Below are positions 29,465 to 38,270 of a DNA stretch of 64,000 nt, piece by piece. Under the pieces are notes generated by a model. The model was not told the DNA's origin. It searched no databases and saw nothing but the letters and a program-made list of their open reading frames with translations. The stretch covers positions 5,867 to 69,866 of the forward strand of contig JBAYIT010000002.1 of NCBI GenBank assembly GCA_041665485.1, read 5' to 3'. A program made the translations under genes and the position numbers. The first letter of the stretch is position 1; every line of letters starts with the position of its first letter. Origin of the DNA: Candidatus Shapirobacteria bacterium. GTDB lineage: Bacteria; Patescibacteriota; Microgenomatia; UBA12405.

Positions 29465-31034
29465 AACAAAAATAATTTTATTCTTAATTGTTCTACTTGG
29501 TTTTCTCCTAAGATTCTACCGAATAGGGGAGTATCCTCCGCTTCTTTGGGACGAAGCCGCTCTCGGTTACAATGCTTATTCACTTCTTCAAACCGGAAGG
29601 GACGAACATGGTGCCTTTTTTCCATTAATTCTCAAATCTTTTGGCGATTACAAACCGGCCATTTATTCTTATCTTTCTATTCCCTTTGTCTTCCTTTTTG
29701 GTCTTAATGAAACATCTGTCAGGCTGGTTTCTATTATTGCCGGCTGTCTTTCCCCTTTGTTTTTGTACTTTCTTATTAATAAAATCGATTCAAAAAAACA
29801 GAAAGTCGCCTTACTATCAGCTTTAGTATTGGCTGTCACTCCTTTTGCTATCCACTTTTCCCGTGGCGCTTGGGAAACTAACCTATTGGTTTTTGAAATT
29901 ATTGTTAGCCTCTATTTCTTCTTTTCCCAAAAGTTTTTTCTTTCCGCTTTTATTCTTTCTCTTTCACTTTACACCTATCAGTCAGCCAAAATGCTTGTTC
30001 CCTTTATCTTCTTACCTCTGATTCTACAATCTCTGAAACAACACCCAAAAATTATCTTTACCAAGTTCCTCATCCCAATTCTTATCTTTTCTCTCCCGCT
30101 CCTATGTGGTCTTCTGTTTTCTCAAGACTCGGGTCGTCTTAAAGTCGTTAGTCTCTTTTCCTATCCTCAAAGCCAGGAAGAGATATCAGTTATCAAAAAC
30201 GAAACGGGAAACTTTGATTATTTGCTCTTCCACAATAAATATCTAAATTTTGGCCGCCAGTTTTTAACCCGTTACTTTAATCACTTTTCTCCCCGTTTCT
30301 TATTCTTTGATGGCGATTGGCAATCTCCCCGCCATAGCGCCCCTTACATCGGCGTCCTCCTCCTCCCCTCTACCTTGTTCCTAATTTTAGGACTGATTAC
30401 TAATTACCGTTTACCAATTACCAAATTATTCCTCTACTGGCTTCTTATCGCCCCCATTCCTTCTTCTCTCACCCGCGATCTCCTTTCCGGCGTCCGCTCC
30501 CTCTTTCTTGTCATCCCTCTCACTTATTTCACTGCCCTCGGTATCCGCCGGATTACGGATCACCGTTCACGATTCACGTATCTAGTTACTAGTATCATGT
30601 TTCTAGTATCTTTAATCTATTACTCCGATCTCTACTACAGCCATATGGTCAAAAAGTCACCTTTCGATTTTCTTTATGGTAATAAGGAAGTTGCCCAATT
30701 TGTCATTAACAACCAACAAAATTACGATCGTATTTATTATTCCGACTTTTATGGCCAACCTTACATCTTCTATCTTTTCTACTCCCAATATTCCCCCAAG
30801 AAATACCAAGCCAAAAATCATTTAAGTTTATCCGGGCCAGACATTGGACATGTTGAAAAAATCGACAATATTCTTTTTGCTTCACCCGATTTCAATTTCA
30901 TTAGAAATCAACCTCAAAAAATTTTAGCCATTTTTAGTTTTGACGAAGTAGAGAGGCAGGGGATAGATAAAAAATTATTAACCCCTATTTCTACTATTGG
31001 CAATATTACCACCTACTATGCCTACTCTAATTAA
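29457..31034 (+). CDS. ArnT/PMT_2-like GT-C glycosyltransferase
   Basis: LLWDEAALGYNAYSLLQTGRDEHG, SFGDYKP, HFSRGAWE, YGQPYIF. Confidence 0.85.
   Translation: MNKTKIILFLIVLLGFLLRFYRIGEYPPLLWDEAALGYNAYSLLQTGRDEHGAFFPLILKSFGDYKPAIYSYLSIPFVFLFGLNETSVRLVSIIAGCLSPLFLYFLINKIDSKKQKVALLSALVLAVTPFAIHFSRGAWETNLLVFEIIVSLYFFFSQKFFLSAFILSLSLYTYQSAKMLVPFIFLPLILQSLKQHPKIIFTKFLIPILIFSLPLLCGLLFSQDSGRLKVVSLFSYPQSQEEISVIKNETGNFDYLLFHNKYLNFGRQFLTRYFNHFSPRFLFFDGDWQSPRHSAPYIGVLLLPSTLFLILGLITNYRLPITKLFLYWLLIAPIPSSLTRDLLSGVRSLFLVIPLTYFTALGIRRITDHRSRFTYLVTSIMFLVSLIYYSDLYYSHMVKKSPFDFLYGNKEVAQFVINNQQNYDRIYYSDFYGQPYIFYLFYSQYSPKKYQAKNHLSLSGPDIGHVEKIDNILFASPDFNFIRNQPQKILAIFSFDEVERQGIDKKLLTPISTIGNITTYYAYSN
30390..30424 (+). 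repeat. Intragenic heptamer array (TTACCAA type)
   Basis: GGACTGA TTACTAA TTACCGT TTACCAA TTACCAA, encoding LITNYRLPITK. Confidence 0.75.
30546..30622 (+). repeat. Compound intragenic heptamer array (TCACGxx then TCTAGTA type)
   Basis: CGCCGGA TTACGGA TCACCGT TCACGAT TCACGTA TCTAGTT ACTAGTA TCATGTT TCTAGTA TCTTTAA TCTATTA. Confidence 0.75.
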
Positions 31035-32607
31035 AAACAATTTTTGGTTACTACTCATTATTTTTTTGGCCGCCGTCTTGCGGTTCTACAATATTGGTAA
31101 TTATCCTACTCTTAATCCCGACGAAGCCGCTCTTGGTTACAATGCTTACTCTTTAATTCAAACCGGTAAAGACGAACACGGCGCTTCCTGGCCTCTCCAT
31201 TTTAAATCATTTGGCGACTTTAAACCCGGAGGTTACGTCTATTTAGCTATCCCTTTTATTGCCACCTTTGGTCTTACTCCACTGGCCGTTCGTCTCCCTA
31301 ATCTTCTGCTTTCGCTTTTAACCATACTTTATTTCTATAAAATAGCTTTTTTGTTCACCAAATCGCGACAAATTTCTTTGATTTCAGCTTTGTTTTTAGC
31401 CATTAACCCCTGGCATCTCCATTTTTCCCGTGGCGCTTGGGAATCATCTTCTGCTCTGGCTTTTTTAGTTATTGGTAGCTACTACTTTCTTGTTCGTCGT
31501 TATTTTCTTTTTGTTCTCACTTTTGTCGCCTCTCTCTATCTCTACCACTCTGCCCGTATCGTTGCCCCACTTCTGGCCTTGTCATATCTTTTTATTCATA
31601 AATCATATTTCATAAATCATAAATCAAAATTAATTTTCCCAATACTTATCGGTATTCTCCTCACTTTCCCCGTTCTTTTCTCATTTCTTAAAAACGGTGG
31701 TACTACCCGTTTTGGCGGTGTTGGTTTAACTGCCGACACCGGCCCGTTATCCCGTTCTGAAGAACTTCTTAATCACCACATGAGTACCGCCCTGCCTTTA
31801 AGAATTCTTCATAATCGTCGGGTACTTTATCTTATGTCTTGGGGGCAAAAATATTTTTCCCACTTTGATCTCAATTTTCTTTTTATTAATGGTGATGAAG
31901 TTCCCCGTTCCAAAGTTCCCGATATGGGCCAACTTTACCTTCTTCAACTTCCGTTTCTTCTATATGGTATTTATATTTTCTTTCAATCTAAGATCTATCA
32001 TCTAAAATCTAAGATCTTTGTATTGTCTTGGCTTTTAATCTCCCCCCTTGCCTCTTCTTTCACTTTTCAAGCCCCCTCTGCCCTCCGCGCCCTACCCCTG
32101 GTTATCCCCCTCACTTTTCTCTCCGCCCTCGGCTTTTATTGGTTTACGTATCACCTATCACGTACCTTGTACCTTGTACCTTGTACCTTGTACCTAGTCT
32201 CTTGTCTCTTCTATCTTGATTCTTATCACAATCATTATCAAAAACGCTATCCCTTTGCCTGGAATTATGGCTTTAGTCAAGTTATTCCTTACCTTAATTC
32301 CCAAAAAGACAACTATCAAAATATCTATTTTACTAACAAATACGATCAGCCCTATATTCTCTATCTCTTCTTTTCAAAGTATCCTCCGCAAAAAATTCAA
32401 TCGCAAATAAAACTCACCCCGCCCGATAAATTCGGTTTTTCCACTGTATCCCAAATCGACAACATCTACTTTGGTAAAATTGAGTGGGACAAAATTTCAA
32501 CTAACTCATTAATTATTTCTTCTCCAGACGAAAAAGCCCCAATTCCACCAATTAAAACAATTGAAGTTCAACCCAACAAAGCTGTTTTCAATATTTATCA
32601 AAAATAA
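31018..32607 (+). CDS. ArnT/PMT_2-like GT-C glycosyltransferase
   Basis: LNPDEAALGYNAYSLIQTGKDEHG, SFGDFKP, PWHLHFSRGAWE, YDQPYIL. Confidence 0.85.
   Translation: MPTLIKNNFWLLLIIFLAAVLRFYNIGNYPTLNPDEAALGYNAYSLIQTGKDEHGASWPLHFKSFGDFKPGGYVYLAIPFIATFGLTPLAVRLPNLLLSLLTILYFYKIAFLFTKSRQISLISALFLAINPWHLHFSRGAWESSSALAFLVIGSYYFLVRRYFLFVLTFVASLYLYHSARIVAPLLALSYLFIHKSYFINHKSKLIFPILIGILLTFPVLFSFLKNGGTTRFGGVGLTADTGPLSRSEELLNHHMSTALPLRILHNRRVLYLMSWGQKYFSHFDLNFLFINGDEVPRSKVPDMGQLYLLQLPFLLYGIYIFFQSKIYHLKSKIFVLSWLLISPLASSFTFQAPSALRALPLVIPLTFLSALGFYWFTYHLSRTLYLVPCTLYLVSCLFYLDSYHNHYQKRYPFAWNYGFSQVIPYLNSQKDNYQNIYFTNKYDQPYILYLFFSKYPPQKIQSQIKLTPPDKFGFSTVSQIDNIYFGKIEWDKISTNSLIISSPDEKAPIPPIKTIEVQPNKAVFNIYQK
31582..31630 (+). 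repeat. Intragenic heptamer array (TCATAAA type)
   Basis: TCATATC TTTTTAT TCATAAA TCATATT TCATAAA TCATAAA TCAAAAT, encoding SYLFIHKSYFINHKSK. Confidence 0.8.
31987..32017 (+). repeat. Intragenic heptamer array (TCTAAGA type)
   Basis: TCTAAGA TCTATCA TCTAAAA TCTAAGA TCT, encoding SKIYHLKSKI. Confidence 0.8.
32144..32227 (+). repeat. Compound intragenic heptamer array with a perfect (CCTTGTA)4 core at 32165-32192
   Basis: TTACGTA TCACCTA TCACGTA (CCTTGTA)x4 CCTAGTC TCTTGTC TCTTCTA TCTTGAT TCTTATC. Confidence 0.9.
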
Positions 32608-33390
32608 ATGAAAAAACCAACAATTTCCATTGCCATCGCCACCTACAATGAAGCTGACAACATTAAACAATGCCTCAAAGCTGTTGTCGATTGGGCTGAT
32701 GAAATCGTCATTTACGATGCTGAATCCATTGACGATACCGTCAAAATCATTAATACTTTCCCCAAAACCAAACTAATCACTGGCCCCAACCATCCTATCT
32801 TTCATATTAATAAGCAACGAGCTATTGACGTTTGTAAATCTGATTGGATTCTCCAGCTTGATGCTGATGAGATTGTCACTCCAGAGCTTAAGTCAGAAAT
32901 TTTGACCACCATTTCAAATAACCCTTCAGAAAATGGTTTTTGGATCGACCGTAAAAATTATTTTCTTGGACGATTCTTAACCAAAGGTGGCGTTTACCCA
33001 GATCCAACTATCCGTCTTTATCGTCGCAATAAAGGCAAATTACCATGTAAAGATGTTCACGAACAGGCAAGAATAATTGGTAGTGTTGGCCATCTTAAAT
33101 CCGACCTTCTCCACTATGCTGACCCTTCTTTTCAACGTTACTTAATGCGCAACAATCGCTACACTGGCCTAATTGCCACCGAATTAGAATCCCAAAAAGT
33201 TCCTCTTAATTTATTCTTCGGCCTAAATTATTTTCTTCTCAAGCCTATTATTAACTTTTTTTCTACTTATTTTCGCCACAAGGGTTTTGCTGATGGTTTT
33301 CCCGGGTTTATCTTTTCTTGGTATTCGTCTCTTCGCTTTCCTATTTCTTTTATCAAATATTGGGAATTAAAAAATGGCAAAACAGATTAA
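32608..33390 (+). CDS. GT2 glycosyltransferase (WaaE/KdtX-like)
   Basis: TYNEADNI, LDADE, RKNYFLG, YPD, VHEQ, GFADGFPG. Confidence 0.85.
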   Translation: MKKPTISIAIATYNEADNIKQCLKAVVDWADEIVIYDAESIDDTVKIINTFPKTKLITGPNHPIFHINKQRAIDVCKSDWILQLDADEIVTPELKSEILTTISNNPSENGFWIDRKNYFLGRFLTKGGVYPDPTIRLYRRNKGKLPCKDVHEQARIIGSVGHLKSDLLHYADPSFQRYLMRNNRYTGLIATELESQKVPLNLFFGLNYFLLKPIINFFSTYFRHKGFADGFPGFIFSWYSSLRFPISFIKYWELKNGKTD

Positions 33391-34447
33391 AGTTGCTCTT
33401 GACATATCTCCCCTCAAAGATGGCAACGCCAACCGTGGCATGGGCTATTATGTCCGCAACTTACTCACCGCCATGCAATCACAAATCTCCTCCAACCCCA
33501 ACTTCAAAAACTTTAAAATTTCAGAAGTTAGAAATTGGAAATTAGAAATTGGAAATTTTGATTTACTCCATATTCCTTACTTCAACCCTTTCTCCCCCTC
33601 CTATCCTATTCATCTCCAAATACCCACAGTCATTACTGTCCCTGACTTAATTCCTATCGCTTACAAAAAACATTACACAGTTGGCATCAAAGGCACACTC
33701 AATTGGTGGCGACAAAAACTATTTCTCAAAAATATTCCCTATATTATCACTATCGCTCACTCTCAAAAATATATCATTCATAAAATTACTGGCTATCCGC
33801 TTGATCGCATTTACGTCACATGGCTAGCTGCCGCCAGCCACTTCAAGCCGGAAACTTCAAAAATAAAACTAAATCAAATTAAGAAAAAATATAATCTGCC
33901 AGACAAATTTGTTCTCTATGTTGGTGATATTAACTGGAATAAAAACATTCCTCGTCTTGTTAGTAGTTGCCTCGATTTAAAATATCCATTAGTTATTGTC
34001 GGTAGCTCCGCCACTAGAAAAAATATTACCGATCATCCTTGGAATCAAGATTTACTTTGGGTCCAATCTCACTCCAATCAAATCACTTTAACTGGTTTTG
34101 TCCCCGACGAAGATATACCTGTCATTTATTCTTTGGCCACTATTTACTGTCAACCATCATATTCCGAAGGTTTTGGTCTACCCTTAGTTGAAGCCATGAA
34201 AACCGGCTGTCCTGTCAGCTATAGTCAAGAGCCAACTTGTCAGGAAATTATGGATTATCACGGTGATTTTTTTGATCCTAACTCTACTGCCGGTCTTAAA
34301 GATTCTCTTAAGAGGCTCTGGTCAGATCCTGAACTTAGGAAAAAGTTAGCAATCGAGGGATTAAAACATTCGCAAATCTTCGACTGGAAACTAACAGCCA
34401 TTCAAACTCTCACTCTTTATTCCCAAATCTACCATGAAAATCACTGA
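33374..34447 (+). CDS. GT4 glycosyltransferase (MtfB/WbaZ-like mannosyltransferase subgroup)
   Basis: RGMGYY, YVGDINWNKN, EGFGLPLVEAM. Confidence 0.9.
   Translation: MAKQIKVALDISPLKDGNANRGMGYYVRNLLTAMQSQISSNPNFKNFKISEVRNWKLEIGNFDLLHIPYFNPFSPSYPIHLQIPTVITVPDLIPIAYKKHYTVGIKGTLNWWRQKLFLKNIPYIITIAHSQKYIIHKITGYPLDRIYVTWLAAASHFKPETSKIKLNQIKKKYNLPDKFVLYVGDINWNKNIPRLVSSCLDLKYPLVIVGSSATRKNITDHPWNQDLLWVQSHSNQITLTGFVPDEDIPVIYSLATIYCQPSYSEGFGLPLVEAMKTGCPVSYSQEPTCQEIMDYHGDFFDPNSTAGLKDSLKRLWSDPELRKKLAIEGLKHSQIFDWKLTAIQTLTLYSQIYHENH
33524..33558 (+). repeat. Intragenic heptamer array (GAAATTG type)
   Basis: GAAGTTA GAAATTG GAAATTA GAAATTG GAAATTT, encoding EVRNWKLEIGNF. Confidence 0.85.
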
Positions 34448-35237
34448 GCACTTCCTTTCAGTCATCATCCCTATCTATAAACAAGAGAAAACTATTTTGA
34501 CCGATATTACCAATATTCAAAAAACTCTTGATCAAATCCGCTACGATTACGAAATTATCGCCGTAGTTGACGGTAAAAATATCGATCGATCTTATCAAAT
34601 TCTTAAGAAAGCCAAAATTCCCAAAGTTAAAATTTACGGTTACCCCAACAATTATGGTAAAGGTTACGCTGTCCGTTTTGGTATGGCCAAAACTAAGGGC
34701 GACTATGTTGCCTTTATTGATGCCGGTATGGAAATCGACCCTAACGGCATTTCCATGATTCTCGAGCACATGGAGTGGTACAACGCCGATATTATTGTTG
34801 CCTCAAAAAGGCACCCCGCCTCTCAAGTTAAATACCCGTTAGATCGCCAAATTGTTAGTTTCGGCGCCCATCTTATCGCCAGATTTTTGCTCGGCATTAA
34901 TGTTCACGACACTCAAGCCGGTCTTAAAATATTCAAAAGATCAGTTTTGGTAAAGGTTCTTCCTCGACTTTTGGTAAAAAATTATGCTTTTGATTTAGAA
35001 ATATTATCAGTTTCTAATCGCCTTGGTTTTAATCGTATCTTCGAGGCCCCCATTAAACTTAGTTATGCCTTTGATAGTCTAACTCACGCCGGTAGTTACA
35101 AAACTATTATTAGATGTTTTATTGAATCTCTAGCTGTTTTTTATCGTCTAAATATCATTAAATTTTATGATGACAACAACAAGCGACAATGGGTGTTTAA
35201 TAAAGACCTACAAATGAGAATTAATACCGGCCGATGA
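34434..35237 (+). CDS. GT2, DPM1/ALG5-like polyprenyl-phosphate glycosyltransferase
   Basis: GKGYAVRFG, FIDAG (atypical DxD), ASKR, DTQAGLKIF, AFDLEIL. Confidence 0.75.
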   Translation: MKITEHFLSVIIPIYKQEKTILTDITNIQKTLDQIRYDYEIIAVVDGKNIDRSYQILKKAKIPKVKIYGYPNNYGKGYAVRFGMAKTKGDYVAFIDAGMEIDPNGISMILEHMEWYNADIIVASKRHPASQVKYPLDRQIVSFGAHLIARFLLGINVHDTQAGLKIFKRSVLVKVLPRLLVKNYAFDLEILSVSNRLGFNRIFEAPIKLSYAFDSLTHAGSYKTIIRCFIESLAVFYRLNIIKFYDDNNKRQWVFNKDLQMRINTGR

Positions 35238-36151
35238 AACCCCTATTCTCTGTAATTATTCCCGTTCGTCATCCTACCGACTATCTTGAAGAGACAGTCA
35301 GGGCCCTCGACAAGCAGTCTCTTAACAACTTTGAACTCCTAGTTATTACCGACAAAATAGCCGGTAATGTCTCACCGGCAATTAAGCGTAATCTTGGTGC
35401 CAAGATGGCCAAAGGAGAATATCTTGCCTTTCTCGACGACGATTCTTATCCTTCTTCTGATTGGCTCAAAAACGCCCGAAAACACTTTTCCAAAAATATC
35501 ACTGCCGTCTGTGGCCCTTGTTTAACACCTCCAAGTGATGATGTTTTTCGCCAAGCGTCTGGTCTCGTTTGGTCTAGTTTTCTTGGCAGTGGTGGGGCAG
35601 GGGAGTATCGTAATAATATTGCCAAACCTCGATTTGTCGACGATTTTCCTTCTGTCAATTTGATAGTCAAAAAAAGTGATTTTTTAGAAGTTAAAGGCTT
35701 TAATACTCATCACTGGCCGGGAGAAGACACTATTCTTTGTTTAGATCTGACCCACAAACTTCATAAAAAAATCTTCTATCATCCTAGCGTTCAAGTTTTC
35801 CATCACCGCCGAAAAGTTATAATCCCCCATCTTCAACAAATCACCCGCTACGCTATTCATCGTGGTCTTTTTGCTAAAATCTACCCCCAAACTAGCCTTC
35901 GAATTGGTTACATTCTCCCCTCCCTCTTTATTATATATTTATTATTATTGCCGTTATTGCCAAAGACATTTTTAATTCCACTATTTATCTATCTGCTTCT
36001 ACTTCTATTTACTTTTTTCAATTTTATTTTAAAAAATAGCCTTATCGTTTCTCTTTTGGCTACTATCACCATTCCCATTACTCACCTTTATTATGGTATA
36101 TTTTTCATCCGTGGTTTATTCAAAAATGAACTAAAGTTTATCCCCCTATGA
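35234..36151 (+). CDS. GT2 glycosyltransferase with C-terminal TM helices
   Basis: PAIKRNLGA, FLDDD, PGED, HHRR; hydrophobic tail. Confidence 0.85.
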   Translation: MKPLFSVIIPVRHPTDYLEETVRALDKQSLNNFELLVITDKIAGNVSPAIKRNLGAKMAKGEYLAFLDDDSYPSSDWLKNARKHFSKNITAVCGPCLTPPSDDVFRQASGLVWSSFLGSGGAGEYRNNIAKPRFVDDFPSVNLIVKKSDFLEVKGFNTHHWPGEDTILCLDLTHKLHKKIFYHPSVQVFHHRRKVIIPHLQQITRYAIHRGLFAKIYPQTSLRIGYILPSLFIIYLLLLPLLPKTFLIPLFIYLLLLLFTFFNFILKNSLIVSLLATITIPITHLYYGIFFIRGLFKNELKFIPL

Positions 36152-37578
36152 AAATAGCTATTTCATATCCGCCGTTAGATTCATCAAAGGGCTCTGCCTT
36201 TCTTTCTCAAAATCGCCAGTTTCAGTGGACAAACACCGGTAATATTATTTATCCGGTTATCGCTGCTTATGCCGCTACTCTCCTCCAAAAACTTGGCCAT
36301 CAAGTATTTTGGGACGATGCCATTGTTCAAAAACTTGACTATCAAACCTGGCTTAATCGTCTTATCAGACAAAAACCAGATCTCATCGTTATTGAATCCA
36401 AAACTCCGGTTATTAAACTCCATTGGCAAATCATTAAAGACCTAAAAAGAAGGAATTTGGAAATTGGTAATTGGAAATTGGTTATTTGTTTAATTGGCGA
36501 TCATGTTTCCGCTCTCCCTGAAGAATCAATTAAAAATTCCCCCGTCGACTTCGTTTTAGTCGGCGGTGACTACGATTTCTTGCTTGAAAAACTAGTTAAT
36601 CTCTTGTCCAAAAATAAAATACCAAAAAACAAAATTATAAAAGTTAGCCCAACACACAATCTTGATTCGCTCCCCATAATCGACCGAAAACTAACCCAAT
36701 GGCATCTTTATGCCTACAACAACACCAACTATAAATATAAGCCTGGAGCCTACATCATGTCTGGTCGTGACTGCTGGTGGGGGAGTTGTACTTTCTGTTC
36801 TTGGACATCTCTTTTTCCCGGAAAAACATTCCGTAAATTCAGCGTCGACCACACTATCTCTGAAATCGAAAACTTAGTTAACAATTTTGGTGTCAAAGAA
36901 ATTTTTGATGACTCCGGCACTCTTCCCACTGGCCAATGGCTTGAAAACTTATGTCATCAATTAATTGATAAAAAGTTAAGTCAAAAAGTTAAACTCGGTT
37001 GCAATATGCGTTTTGGTGCTTTGAACCAAGAACAATACTATCTAATGAAACAAGCCGGCTTTCGTTTAGTGCTTTATGGCCTTGAATCGGCTAATCAAAA
37101 AACACTTGACTTAATTAATAAAAATGAAAAGACTTCTGATGCTATTAAAACCTTGCAAATGGCCAAAAAGGCCGGCCTTGAACCACATATCACCGTCATG
37201 ATCGGCTATCCTTGGGAAACTGAATCGGATGCCATCAAAACTCTCAATCTTGCTCGTAAAATTTTTCGAGAAGGGTTGGCCGATAGTATCCAAGCCACCC
37301 GAATTATTCCCTATCCGGGCACGGTTCTCTTTAATCAATCCCTCAAAAATAATTGGCTTTTATCTAAAGATTGGCAGGATTATGACATGCGCCAAAGTAT
37401 CATCAAATCACCCATCAGCTCTGCAAAACAAGAAAAACTAATACTTAGCCTTTTTAAGGGTGTTCTCACTCCTAATTTTCTTATTCGCAAAATCCTTTCC
37501 GTTCGGTCTCTTTATGATATTAAGTTTCTTACTGGCTATGCCATCAAATACCTCCAAAAAATCAGGGATTTTAAATAA
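36148..37578 (+). CDS. B12-binding-domain radical SAM protein
   Basis: N-terminal cobalamin-binding-like region (YP..AY, PDLIVIES, IGDH); CWWGSCTFC (CX4CX2C variant), GLES, MIGYPWE, PYPGT. Confidence 0.85.
   Translation: MKIAISYPPLDSSKGSAFLSQNRQFQWTNTGNIIYPVIAAYAATLLQKLGHQVFWDDAIVQKLDYQTWLNRLIRQKPDLIVIESKTPVIKLHWQIIKDLKRRNLEIGNWKLVICLIGDHVSALPEESIKNSPVDFVLVGGDYDFLLEKLVNLLSKNKIPKNKIIKVSPTHNLDSLPIIDRKLTQWHLYAYNNTNYKYKPGAYIMSGRDCWWGSCTFCSWTSLFPGKTFRKFSVDHTISEIENLVNNFGVKEIFDDSGTLPTGQWLENLCHQLIDKKLSQKVKLGCNMRFGALNQEQYYLMKQAGFRLVLYGLESANQKTLDLINKNEKTSDAIKTLQMAKKAGLEPHITVMIGYPWETESDAIKTLNLARKIFREGLADSIQATRIIPYPGTVLFNQSLKNNWLLSKDWQDYDMRQSIIKSPISSAKQEKLILSLFKGVLTPNFLIRKILSVRSLYDIKFLTGYAIKYLQKIRDFK
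36452..36486 (+). repeat. Intragenic heptamer array (GGAAATT type)
   Basis: GGAATTT GGAAATT GGTAATT GGAAATT GGTTATT, encoding NLEIGNWKLVI. Confidence 0.85.
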
Positions 37579-38266
37579 ACTAGATACTGCAATATTATTG
37601 AAACAGCTTCATTTTAATGATTTCCAGTATCAATCCTCCGTTTTGTCCCACACCAATCATCGCTTAAATATTATGCTTCAGTTCTCTGGAAACAATCAAA
37701 GAGTATTGGATTTAGGTTGTGGTATCGGATATTTTATGGAAATGTTACAAACCAAACATTCAAAAGTGTTTGGAGTAGACATATCAAAAAAGGCTTTATT
37801 AACCGCCAAAAGAAAGGGGCTAAACGTCATCCAATCAAACTTCGAATCAAAACTCCCATTTGACGATAATCAGTTTGATGTTGTAACCGCCGGCGAAATA
37901 ATTGAACACCTCTATAACACCTCTTTATTTTTAGCCGAAATTAGACGAATTTTAAAGAAAAACGGAACGCTTATTATGTCTACTCCAAATGTCGCTTCTT
38001 TAGGTAGAAGATTAATGTTATTATTCGGCGTTAGTCCTTTTCTGGAAACAGAATTATCAAAAACTGATGCTGGCCATGTTCGCTACTTCACTAAAAAGTC
38101 ATTGCTTTCTTTATTGACTAAAAACAAATTTAAACCAGTCCGCCACACATCGGATTCAATCAACTTTAACAACAAACTAGATAGTAAATTAAGATCAAAA
38201 ACATTAGCCAAAGTTTTTCCGACTCTAGGCGCCAGCATTATTGTTGCCTGTATTAACCAGAAATGA
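37538..38266 (+). CDS. Class I SAM-dependent methyltransferase (start uncertain)
   Basis: VLDLGCGIG, GVDIS, LPFDDNQFD, EIIEH, STPN, HVRYF. Confidence 0.85.
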   Translation: MPSNTSKKSGILNKLDTAILLKQLHFNDFQYQSSVLSHTNHRLNIMLQFSGNNQRVLDLGCGIGYFMEMLQTKHSKVFGVDISKKALLTAKRKGLNVIQSNFESKLPFDDNQFDVVTAGEIIEHLYNTSLFLAEIRRILKKNGTLIMSTPNVASLGRRLMLLFGVSPFLETELSKTDAGHVRYFTKKSLLSLLTKNKFKPVRHTSDSINFNNKLDSKLRSKTLAKVFPTLGASIIVACINQK

Positions 38267-38270
38267 ACCC

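Noticed and set aside
29550-31443. Near-identical DNA patches between tandem paralogs (28/29 nt at 29550 vs 31120; 21/21 nt at 29856 vs 31423) as gene conversion
   Set aside because: They are confined to the most conserved protein motifs and can be explained by shared ancestry plus strong codon bias.
30390-36486. Short repeats as a CRISPR array or DGR template/variable repeats
   Set aside because: There is no 25-40 nt repeat-spacer structure, no cas or reverse transcriptase gene, and no long repeat pair differing at adenines.
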